From positions 1-49,175 of the IMG/VR virus record IMGVR_UViG_3300010042_000002: a DNA stretch of 49,175 nt; one strand, given 5' to 3'. The notes below the pieces were generated by a model. It was not told where the DNA came from. It saw only the letters and a list, made by a program, of their open reading frames with translations, and did not search any database. Positions 1 through 6,980 of this stretch are shown piece by piece. A program made the translations under genes and the position numbers. How positions within the stretch are numbered: the first letter of the stretch is position 1; the number at the start of each line of letters is the position of its first letter. The stretch is from a virus.

Positions 1-123
1 CAGTTCAACCACCCGTTCAATCAGGTGATCAGCGGTCGCCATGGCAGGGTTGATCCAACCAAGTTGCAAAACGGTAACCAAGGCATGCTTGAATTGCTGG
101 TATTTGTCGGCTTCCTCTCTTGC
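1..123. repeat. Terminal direct repeat, copy 1 (identical to 49053..49175)
   Basis: Base-by-base comparison shows 1..123 equals 49053..49175. The repeat lies inside a coding frame, so it looks like circular-assembly overlap or terminal redundancy. Confidence 0.95.
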
Positions 124-657
124 CGACTTGAGCAACGAAACCGTTGTCTCAACGCCGTTAACAAGGTGATCAGCATCGCGGTAGTTAAGCCACCCCAGCG
201 CCGTCATGATCCGAGCCTTGAACCTAGTCAATTCACTACCAAGATCAGCAATGACTTGGTTGTCCTTCTTTGCCCCGTCAAGGGCCTTGGTCAAAGCTTC
301 CTGCGTCTGCTTCAGCACGCGCTTGGTTTCGGCTACCTCATCCATAAGTTTTTTGTAATCGACGGCCAGCACGTAGTTACCACTAGAGTTGATCCGCATG
401 GTGTCGTGATTGTGGCTGTACTTCCACCGGTTAACCCCAAGATCGGGTAAGAAAGCAGGGGCTTCCCCTACGCCATTACCGTTCATAGTCGCGTGTTGCG
501 TGCGGGCCTCGGTATCGACGTATCCTGTGAAGTTGGGCGGAAGGGGCGCCATTTGCGCAAGCACCTTCATAGCGTAAGCTATCTTACCCTTCGGGCTACC
601 CTGTGTTTCAGTGCCGTCGATTGCAGTAATTTCACCGTTTATAAAACCGATATTCAT
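1..657 (-). CDS. Hypothetical protein, 5' part of a 371-aa gene that wraps around the contig junction
   Basis: The minus-strand frame is open from the ATG at 657..655 to the window edge. It is absent from the ORF track because it has no in-window stop. Its translation (..FKHALVTVLQLGWINPAMATADHLIERVVEL) continues exactly into ORF 48594..49133 through the 123-bp overlap. Confidence 0.8.
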   Translation of the reverse strand, partial: MNIGFINGEITAIDGTETQGSPKGKIAYAMKVLAQMAPLPPNFTGYVDTEARTQHATMNGNGVGEAPAFLPDLGVNRWKYSHNHDTMRINSSGNYVLAVDYKKLMDEVAETKRVLKQTQEALTKALDGAKKDNQVIADLGSELTRFKARIMTALGWLNYRDADHLVNGVETTVSLLKSAREEADKYQQFKHALVTVLQLGWINPAMATADHLIERVVEL

Positions 658-680
658 TTCGTCACCTTGGTTATTGAAAC

Positions 681-1052
681 TTAGACCTTACGGGATTTCA
701 TCGCCGCGTTCAAGTCTCGATCAAACTGATCCAAACGTTCATCTAGTGAAAGCATTGGGTGTATTTTGTTAAACCGCGCTTCAGCTTCCACAAACGCCAG
801 CTTTCTCTTATCAGCGTAAGCCTTGGCGAATGCCGCCCGCTTATCTACCGCTTCTTTGGCTACGGCCTCGACTTCCTCGACACTCACCCCAGCCATCATG
901 TAGGTCCGTAGTTGTTCCTCGATACTTACCACCGTGGTTGCACGGGAAGGACCATGACTGTAGTTGGTGGCCTTGTATCGTGCCTCTATGGCCTCCCGCA
1001 TGGCATCTACTTCAGCTAGGGTGTAGGCACGGGCTGCTATTACCGTTGTCAT
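681..1052 (-). CDS. Hypothetical protein (123 aa)
   Basis: ATG at 1052 in an ATGA overlap with the upstream stop. Ala/Glu/Lys-rich and helical-looking, with no motif recognised. Confidence 0.6.
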   Translation of the reverse strand: MTTVIAARAYTLAEVDAMREAIEARYKATNYSHGPSRATTVVSIEEQLRTYMMAGVSVEEVEAVAKEAVDKRAAFAKAYADKRKLAFVEAEARFNKIHPMLSLDERLDQFDRDLNAAMKSRKV

Positions 1053-1282
1053 TTCAGTGTAACTCCGAATGTTGCGAACGATAGTGCCAAGTGTGCCCGG
1101 TCAATAAACTCCCGGCCATTGGCCTCTTCCTCGATATCGATGATAGCCATCACCGTATTATGGCCGTCGAGAATAAGCAGTTCTCTAGGGGAGAGGCCAC
1201 GACGTACCGCAAAGCCTTGATTAATGATAACCTCAAGAGCGATAGAAAGCTTGATATGCTTGATATGCGAGAAGGTAGCCAT
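1049..1282 (-). CDS. Hypothetical protein (77 aa)
   Basis: ATG at 1282 preceded by AAGGAG. It is the first ORF downstream of promoter P1. Confidence 0.65.
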   Translation of the reverse strand: MATFSHIKHIKLSIALEVIINQGFAVRRGLSPRELLILDGHNTVMAIIDIEEEANGREFIDRAHLALSFATFGVTLK

Positions 1283-1310
1283 GGGGTAATCTCCTTAGTT
1301 GTTAGCTAAG

Positions 1311-1339
1311 GTTATAACCTGCCCCATTGCTACCGTCAA
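1311..1339 (-). promoter_or_regulatory. Sigma70-type promoter P1 (TTGACG-N17-TATAAC) with GGTAGCAATG box
   Basis: The reverse complement reads agcgcTTGACGGTAGCAATGGGGCAGGTTATAAC. The spacer is exactly 17 nt, and an SD plus ATG (1282) follow. Confidence 0.6.
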
Positions 1340-1343
1340 GCGC

Positions 1344-1547
1344 TTATCCGAATTTTTCTGTAAGAAAGTTCATAACCCGCGCAATCGATCCTCGCGAACT
1401 ATACATGACATAAGAGCCGTACAAATGACCGCCTTTAGTGCGGTATTCGGTACGAAATGCACCGTAAGCCATTACACCCGTCATTGTAACTATACGCCGT
1501 ATGTAGAACCGGGGCAGAGGCTTGCCCACAATAACGTTGGTCGTCAT
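1344..1547 (-). CDS. Hypothetical protein (67 aa; shortened version of track ORF 1344..1706)
   Basis: The track ORF starts at a TTG and its first 53 codons have T-rich third positions. An in-frame ATG at 1547 overlaps (TAATG) the stop of a micro-ORF that has a strong SD. Confidence 0.45.
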   Translation of the reverse strand: MTTNVIVGKPLPRFYIRRIVTMTGVMAYGAFRTEYRTKGGHLYGSYVMYSSRGSIARVMNFLTEKFG

Positions 1548-1633
1548 TACCAATCCCCGCGCCACAAGACCCAAAGGATAACCACCCCAAACAGGATGCA
1601 GCAACCCGAGAGAATGAAGAAAGACATGGCCAT
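1547..1633 (-). CDS. Micro-ORF, 28-aa hydrophobic peptide MAMSFFILSGCCILFGVVILWVLWRGDW
   Basis: AGGAG sits 6 nt upstream of the ATG at 1633. Third positions are G/C in about 20 of 28 codons, unlike the overlapping 120-aa frame. Its TAA overlaps the downstream ATG. It is below the 60-aa cutoff of the ORF track. Confidence 0.45.
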   Translation of the reverse strand: MAMSFFILSGCCILFGVVILWVLWRGDW

Positions 1634-1716
1634 TGGTATCTCCTAGCTTGCGCAGATCAATGCTAGGAACACTATCAGCATGTAAAACTGAGGCAAAGCT
1701 CCCCAATCCATAATGG

Positions 1717-1917
1717 TTAAACCCTTGCTAACTTATGCACTACTGCACGACCCCGACCTTCGGCATAGCAGTTTATTTCACCGCTAGGGCCGTAGATCGC
1801 AGCCGAGATAAGGCTAAGGTTATTTTCGTGATTGCGCACCCGCTTGCGTGCCTGTTCTTCGCTTTCGTGACAGGTGACCGCGAAACCCTTAGTAAAGGTC
1901 AATACGACTGTGTGCAT
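1717..1917 (-). CDS. Hypothetical protein (66 aa)
   Basis: Track ORF 1717..1971 overlaps the end of the upstream gene. The internal ATG at 1917 has GAGGA 8 nt upstream. Confidence 0.55.
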   Translation of the reverse strand: MHTVVLTFTKGFAVTCHESEEQARKRVRNHENNLSLISAAIYGPSGEINCYAEGRGRAVVHKLARV

Positions 1918-1921
1918 GGCC

Positions 1922-2356
1922 TTAATCCTCATACCCATAGGGAAGCTTAGGTTCGCCTGCCTTGAGGCCACGGGGCCGGTTAGCTGGCATGCCTTGGTTC
2001 AGTTCGGCCGCAATGGCATTAGCCCGGCGCCGATAGGTAAGGGCGATATCCTCAAGGATGGTTGCCGCCGATGCAAAAGCCCCATCCTCGCCATACATCA
2101 TGGCCAGTTCGAATTGCTCGCGTGCTTGGTCGTGCAATGTCGGCACTTTGGCTTTCACCAGTGTAAGACTTGTGACCCTTGCGAGCGACACCTTTCTTTC
2201 GCCATCAAATACGATCCTAACCGTTACGCCATGTTCAGCGAACGAATACTTTTCGTCCACCGTTGCTTCTTGGCCGTCATGCACTGCCCAAACCGGGCCA
2301 GTATCTTCATTCTTATGCCACTTAACGCGGTCACCCTTATTGAATGCCGTTTCCAT
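1922..2356 (-). CDS. Hypothetical protein (144 aa)
   Basis: ATG at 2356, tightly packed with its neighbours, no motif recognised. Confidence 0.65.
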   Translation of the reverse strand: METAFNKGDRVKWHKNEDTGPVWAVHDGQEATVDEKYSFAEHGVTVRIVFDGERKVSLARVTSLTLVKAKVPTLHDQAREQFELAMMYGEDGAFASAATILEDIALTYRRRANAIAAELNQGMPANRPRGLKAGEPKLPYGYED

Positions 2357-2361
2357 ATTAG

Positions 2362-2586
2362 TTACTCCGTTTCTACCGGGTATTCAAACACCACGGCTCT
2401 GTCATCGTCAATGGTGTAATCGACTTCACCGTTAATAAGTGCTTTAGCTGCGTCAAGCGGGAGGCTGTAACCTTCGGCAAACACCCGCGACCAATAGTTA
2501 AAGTCTGTAGTAGCCGTGGCTCTTGCCGCACGGACTAAGCCGGGGGTATGCACCATGGGGAGGGATTGGAGTTTATAGCGAACCAT
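2362..2586 (-). CDS. Hypothetical protein (74 aa)
   Basis: ATG at 2586, same-strand operon context. Confidence 0.6.
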   Translation of the reverse strand: MVRYKLQSLPMVHTPGLVRAARATATTDFNYWSRVFAEGYSLPLDAAKALINGEVDYTIDDDRAVVFEYPVETE

Positions 2587-2598
2587 CTGGTATGCTCC

Positions 2599-2793
2599 TT
2601 AGTGGCAGAGGGAGGCCCCTGCCTTGTTGCGGGTTTCGTATGACCCAAGGTATTTGCCTGCGTGATATGCTTCCCATGTTATGCGCGTGCCGCGCACAAC
2701 CCATGCCTCAACCTTACGCACCGTACCGGTTATCTTGCCACCCGATACGACGTGATATGTGTTATCGCGGTTACGGCTTTTAATAAAGGTCAT
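2599..2793 (-). CDS. Hypothetical protein (64 aa)
   Basis: The track start at 2799 is GTG. The ATG at 2793 has AAGGAG 8 nt upstream. Confidence 0.6.
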   Translation of the reverse strand: MTFIKSRNRDNTYHVVSGGKITGTVRKVEAWVVRGTRITWEAYHAGKYLGSYETRNKAGASLCH

Positions 2794-2805
2794 ATTCACC
2801 GCTCC

Positions 2806-3024
2806 TTAGACCTTGATAAACTCATACCGGCCAACATAACCGCCTTTATTGCGATCCAGCATCACAACCGCAGACCAACGACCCTCGGGAGTACGAATGA
2901 CAATAAACCGGTCGTCATAGTCGGGGTACATGGCCTTATCTTGATTGATACGCCGCATAAGGTTAGCCTCGGTGGCATATGAAAGAATGTGCTTCCAGTC
3001 GGGGGATACATCACGCAAAGCCAT
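2806..3024 (-). CDS. Hypothetical protein (72 aa)
   Basis: ATG at 3024 with an AGGAG SD. It is the first ORF after promoter P2. Confidence 0.65.
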   Translation of the reverse strand: MALRDVSPDWKHILSYATEANLMRRINQDKAMYPDYDDRFIVIRTPEGRWSAVVMLDRNKGGYVGRYEFIKV

Positions 3025-3051
3025 CTGGCTAACTCCTGTTCAATGACTACT

Positions 3052-3080
3052 CTTTTACAGGGGCATTGCTACCGCGTCAA
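3052..3080 (-). promoter_or_regulatory. Sigma70-type promoter P2 (TTGACG-N17-TAAAAG) with GGTAGCAATG box and upstream CACGGTAGCTA copy (3081..3091)
   Basis: The reverse complement reads cacggtagctaTTGACGCGGTAGCAATGCCCCTGTAAAAG, with a 17-nt spacer. Confidence 0.6.
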
Positions 3081-3125
3081 TAGCTACCGTGAAAATAGTT
3101 GAGGGGCTTTCGCCCCTCCCTGTTG

Positions 3126-3317
3126 TTAGACGTTATACTTGATCATAAGGTCAACTTCACTAAGCGTCTTATCGTTGAGCTTGAAGGTTTCCTTGACCCC
3201 CTCAACACGACGGGAGAACAATAGACCACCATTAGCACCAGCGAGCGTTGCACAAACATAGTTCCAGCCGTTTGCGATAAGAGCGTTCTTTGCGGTGGTC
3301 ATTTCAAACTTGGTCAT
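3126..3317 (-). CDS. Hypothetical protein (63 aa)
   Basis: ATG at 3317 with a GGAG SD. It is the first ORF after promoter P3. Confidence 0.65.
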   Translation of the reverse strand: MTKFEMTTAKNALIANGWNYVCATLAGANGGLLFSRRVEGVKETFKLNDKTLSEVDLMIKYNV

Positions 3318-3342
3318 TTGGTATCTCCGTTTTGTTGATACC

Positions 3343-3371
3343 TTTGTACGCCCCCATTGCTACCGTGTCAA
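3343..3371 (-). promoter_or_regulatory. Sigma70-type promoter P3 (TTGACA-N17-TACAAA) with GGTAGCAATG box and upstream CACGGAAGCAA copy
   Basis: The reverse complement reads cacggaagcaaTTGACACGGTAGCAATGGGGGCGTACAAA, with a 17-nt spacer. Confidence 0.6.
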
Positions 3372-3387
3372 TTGCTTCCGTGAATTA

Positions 3388-3798
3388 TTATGCGATTATT
3401 TCGGTATAGGTTTTGAACACCGCCTGAGTGCCGTATTGCACAATGTATGCCTCGATTTCGTCGTGGCGTTCGGCCGGGCGATGATGGTTTTCAAGATACC
3501 GCATTATGTATTGGGAGGCGTGAACAACCTCATGCGCTATAATGCCCACAATTGACGGCAGCGTGCTTTCCTCGGTCACCTTGAACGTGATCACACAAAC
3601 CATGTCCCTAACCTTGGTGCCCTCAAACGTTGTGCAATTGCCCCCGCCGACCCGTTCAGCCATCGGATAAGGTTCCTCGACGCCGATTTGTTTGCAAAAC
3701 ACTCCCCAAGCTTCAGCATTGGGAACGTAGCATATTTGCGCAGGGATAAACGCTAGATCATACCAGTAGGGAAGGTTACGCTTGTCAGCCTTAGGCAT
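3388..3798 (-). CDS. Small putative zinc metallopeptidase (HExxH), 136 aa
   Basis: It contains IIAHEVVHASQY (HExxH) with a downstream E/H-rich segment (HHRPAERHDEIEAY). The family was not identified by eye. Confidence 0.5.
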   Translation of the reverse strand: MPKADKRNLPYWYDLAFIPAQICYVPNAEAWGVFCKQIGVEEPYPMAERVGGGNCTTFEGTKVRDMVCVITFKVTEESTLPSIVGIIAHEVVHASQYIMRYLENHHRPAERHDEIEAYIVQYGTQAVFKTYTEIIA

Positions 3799-4150
3799 TG
3801 TTACCGTGTCCGATTTAATTGAATTGAATTCTTTTTGGCTGCATTAGCCGTTGTAGCCCAACCTAATACACCGGAAAGCCCCGGAATTCCTCATTTTCTT
3901 ATTCTCTGTATTATATGTATTAGTGTATTAGGTTATGAAGAGGGGTAGTGATTAATTAATTGCATTCCATTTATTTAATTCACTCGATTTCCGTTATTGG
4001 AATTCAAATGCATTATTTAATTCATTTTCATTATCTGATTGAGTATAGACCCCTAAAACACTAATACAGCAGCTAACACGTTGATATTGCTACATATTCC
4101 ATCTAAAACACCCTACAACACCGTAAAACACGCCCCGAGCTAATTAAATC
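3799..4150. other. AT-rich non-coding island with iteron-like CTAAWACAC repeats (candidate replication origin or regulatory hub)
   Basis: This 352 bp has no ORF and is visibly much more AT-rich than its flanks. About 9 copies of CTAAWACAC are present, three of them phased at exactly 10 bp (4103, 4113, 4123). A 12-bp inverted repeat pairs 3861..3872 with 3923..3934. The region lies directly downstream of the prim-pol/helicase gene. Confidence 0.4.
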
Positions 4151-6556
4151 CTAATTCCCTTCGCTCAACCATGCCACCGAACGAACAACGTAAAACCGGC
4201 CAACGTCCAAACCATACTTAGAGTTTAGCTGCGCCGGTGGAACGATCTGGATAACGCCACCATCCATCAACGATTGAATAACCATCTGGAAAGCACGCGG
4301 CGCACCTTCACGTGCATTCCTAAACGACGCCAAATTTGCAATCGTCTGTTGCAAACCACGGTGACTAATCAAACGGTCACGCACCATGTCTTGGGTCATG
4401 TTGAGGGCTTTGGCGCGGTCGGGTGTGATATCGAGCATCTTGCGAATTGATTTGCGCATGTCGCCAAGCTGCTTAAGCATGCCGTCGCCAATGTCACCGG
4501 CTGCAAACTTGGCAACAATCTTGTGCGTCGAATGATCGATAAGCGATATCGCCCAACGGGCGCAGTTTTCATCAATGACGGGCTTATATGGGTTGATCCC
4601 GATTGCGACGGTTGCGGCTAGTTTGAGCACCTTCAAATGGGCGCGGTTCCAAAGCTGTTCAATTACGTCATTGTGGGCATTGTTGATCACGTCATCACAA
4701 CGTTTATCGTAAGCTTTGATCACGGCATCAGCTTCAGGCGTCGTTTCAACGTCCACAGGTTTGCCCTGTTGGTTGAGCATTAGCGATTGCCCACACAATT
4801 GCGCAATCTTCTTTACCAGCCAATCAGGCGGTTGGACGTTGGCTCGATCCTCATTAAACGGCACTCGACGGCCATCATATTCGATCACGTTAAAACGGGG
4901 CAACAAACCATCTGAAACCATGGCTTCATCAAGCAGGTTATAGAACCGTTCGGGGGTGCCTTCACCAATCATGGAATACGACGGCGAAGCGATTGCAGCG
5001 GCGTTCTTGTCACGGTCGCTATACGCAGCACCACCAAGCACGTTGCCACGGCCTGAGACGCTATATAGAGAGAGGTACATTTCGCGGAGTTTCAAGAGCG
5101 CGGCGTTGGCGTTCTTTGCGGTCATGTTCTTCAAGGTCACGTCAACTTCGCCAACGATAGAGACGAACGATTTGGAAACCTTGTCTAGGTGCTTGTGCAG
5201 GGCTTGACCCGAGGCCATAGACGACGGGCCAACGAATTCGGTTGCTGCCGGGCAACCCCCATAGTTCATGTCAACAACACGTGACATAAGCTTAGAGATA
5301 CCGGATTGAATGGCTTCCTTGCCCCGGCCGGTGCCGGTCAACAACAGCGTGTATTGATTGAGCCCGGTGCCCGAGACGTTATAGGCCCGGCCGATGATAC
5401 CAGCCATTAGGCCAATGGCCCCGGCTAGCGCGATCTCTGGCACGGGGCGCGGGGCTTGATCGTAAATATAGTATGCGATCTCACCCAACAGGCCGGGTAC
5501 ACGTTGCAAATAGGGGTTGCCGGGGTCGTGTGGCACTGCTATGGATGGTGCCGGGGCACTCCCCTGCGCCTGCGGTCCTCTGCCCGCGCCGGGTTGAGTT
5601 GAGGCCGTTGCATTCGTCACCGCTGATGTAACGGCCTCACCCTTCCATTCCCCAAACTCAGCATTTAGCATATTGGTCACGGCGTCGATATCGACGGTAG
5701 CCGGTTGCCGGTCAAACGCGCGTTCAACCATGCCAAGTACGTATGGGTCACGGCTAGCCTTATCACGTTGGCCGAGCGCGGATAGCCTGAACAGGCGAAC
5801 AATCTGATACTTTGATTTGGTGTAATAGGCGATAATGTCAATCAGCGCGAAATCGGCTTCCGACTGCGAACTATAATACTGTTGCCAGTTGCCATTAACA
5901 AGGTCACGCACCTTGTCACCATTGGCGGCGTTCATGCACTTAGCAATAACCGCGTCATCGCTTTCACGGTCAAACAATTCGGCTTGTGCAGCCTGCGCCG
6001 TAGGGGCGCCGCCCATTTCATCGTAAAGCCAATTGACGGCCGCTTGCCGGTCAACCACAGGGTAATCAGCATACACGTTACCCGTCATGGTCATGAAACG
6101 GGCGGTCGAATACATTTCAACAGAGTTGCGACGACGGCCGGAAGGCGTGTTGCCTATACCGATTATATGCAGGCCCTTACCCGAGGGGGAAAATTCCGCA
6201 TAGGTTCCCGCAAACCGCTCAAACACGGTATGTTGCAACTCAACGATCTTTTGAGGATCGGCGTGTTTAGGTGTGCCGTCTGGATTGATTTGGTAAGGGT
6301 CATCAAGGTCAATGAAAACATACGGATCATTGGCCGATAGAACAAAGCCTATACCATCCCAACCGCCGCGCTGGTGCGCAGACACGGCAACGTCATACGG
6401 AACCCATGTTGTCGGGTCTGTTGAACTGGCTGTTTGGAACGTGGTTGGGTTATACGGAACCTTGGTTAGCCTACCGGTTTCAGTAGTCTCAACCTTCCAT
6501 ACCACCCATTGCGGAAGCAATCGCAACGGCAGGGGAACGCGGTCAAAGTTAGTCAT
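4151..6556 (-). CDS. Primase-polymerase (prim-pol) fused to PriCT-like and DUF3987-like helicase/ATPase domains, 801 aa
   Basis: The N-terminus (LLPQWVVWK..GIGFVL..VFIDLDD) is typical of bifunctional prim-pol. The middle has SQSEADFALIDIIAYYT (PriCT-like). The C-terminal half has the P-loop-like LLLTGTGRGKE. Confidence 0.75.
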   Translation of the reverse strand: MTNFDRVPLPLRLLPQWVVWKVETTETGRLTKVPYNPTTFQTASSTDPTTWVPYDVAVSAHQRGGWDGIGFVLSANDPYVFIDLDDPYQINPDGTPKHADPQKIVELQHTVFERFAGTYAEFSPSGKGLHIIGIGNTPSGRRRNSVEMYSTARFMTMTGNVYADYPVVDRQAAVNWLYDEMGGAPTAQAAQAELFDRESDDAVIAKCMNAANGDKVRDLVNGNWQQYYSSQSEADFALIDIIAYYTKSKYQIVRLFRLSALGQRDKASRDPYVLGMVERAFDRQPATVDIDAVTNMLNAEFGEWKGEAVTSAVTNATASTQPGAGRGPQAQGSAPAPSIAVPHDPGNPYLQRVPGLLGEIAYYIYDQAPRPVPEIALAGAIGLMAGIIGRAYNVSGTGLNQYTLLLTGTGRGKEAIQSGISKLMSRVVDMNYGGCPAATEFVGPSSMASGQALHKHLDKVSKSFVSIVGEVDVTLKNMTAKNANAALLKLREMYLSLYSVSGRGNVLGGAAYSDRDKNAAAIASPSYSMIGEGTPERFYNLLDEAMVSDGLLPRFNVIEYDGRRVPFNEDRANVQPPDWLVKKIAQLCGQSLMLNQQGKPVDVETTPEADAVIKAYDKRCDDVINNAHNDVIEQLWNRAHLKVLKLAATVAIGINPYKPVIDENCARWAISLIDHSTHKIVAKFAAGDIGDGMLKQLGDMRKSIRKMLDITPDRAKALNMTQDMVRDRLISHRGLQQTIANLASFRNAREGAPRAFQMVIQSLMDGGVIQIVPPAQLNSKYGLDVGRFYVVRSVAWLSEGN

Positions 6557-6767
6557 TGATAAGTTGGTTACCGGTTAGGCGAATATAAAGCTTCTCGACC
6601 ACAGGAGCGGAAGCCGTCTCAAATCCGCCCTTGGCGAACGCCCCGAGCCATGTCGGGGTCACCTTCACTTCGGCGGCCAAATCCTTCAACAGGAGGTTCG
6701 CCGGGCGCTCGCGCACTAGCTTTTGTACATGCCGCACCAGCGGGCTACTATAGTTAGGGTCACGCAT
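6549..6767 (-). CDS. Small HTH DNA-binding protein (Cro/XRE-like), 72 aa
   Basis: It contains LLKDLAAEVKVTPTWLGAFAKG (helix-turn-helix-like). It is the first gene of the leftward arm, faces the divergent control region, and overlaps the primase start by 8 nt. Confidence 0.5.
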   Translation of the reverse strand: MRDPNYSSPLVRHVQKLVRERPANLLLKDLAAEVKVTPTWLGAFAKGGFETASAPVVEKLYIRLTGNQLIND

Positions 6768-6795
6768 TCCGAACGCTCTATGTGGGGAAAAGCCG

Positions 6796-6824
6796 AAACT
6801 AGATCGAAAGAGCTATTTGGCCAA
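6796..6824 (-). promoter_or_regulatory. Candidate leftward promoter PL (TTGGCC-N17-TAGTTT)
   Basis: The reverse complement of 6796..6824 gives a 17-nt spacer that begins with the GATCGAA repeat. The hexamers are weaker than in the other promoters. Confidence 0.35.
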
Positions 6825-6848
6825 GTGCAATTTTTAATTAATTGAGGC

Positions 6849-6877
6849 TTGACCGCCCTTTGCCCACAGTCTAGGTT
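6849..6877 (+). promoter_or_regulatory. Rightward promoter PR (TTGACC-N17-TAGGTT) for the replication operon
   Basis: The sequence reads cTTGACCgccctttgcccacagtcTAGGTT with a 17-nt spacer. The TTG of the -35 is the spurious start of track ORF 6849..7448. Confidence 0.55.
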
Positions 6878-6980
6878 GCGTCCATTCGATCCGGTGCGGT
6901 GTTTAGTTTTTCCGTCGCTGTTTAAGGTGGACGCTATACCGGATCGAACAACCAACTTCAGCGGTGAAGGAATTACCAAA

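Noticed and set aside
25-684. Plus-strand track ORFs 25..450 (141 aa) and 493..684 (63 aa).
   Set aside because: They lie antisense to the junction-spanning minus-strand gene (657..1 joined to 49052..48594). That gene has an ATG and a continuous frame, and it fits the all-minus operon context.
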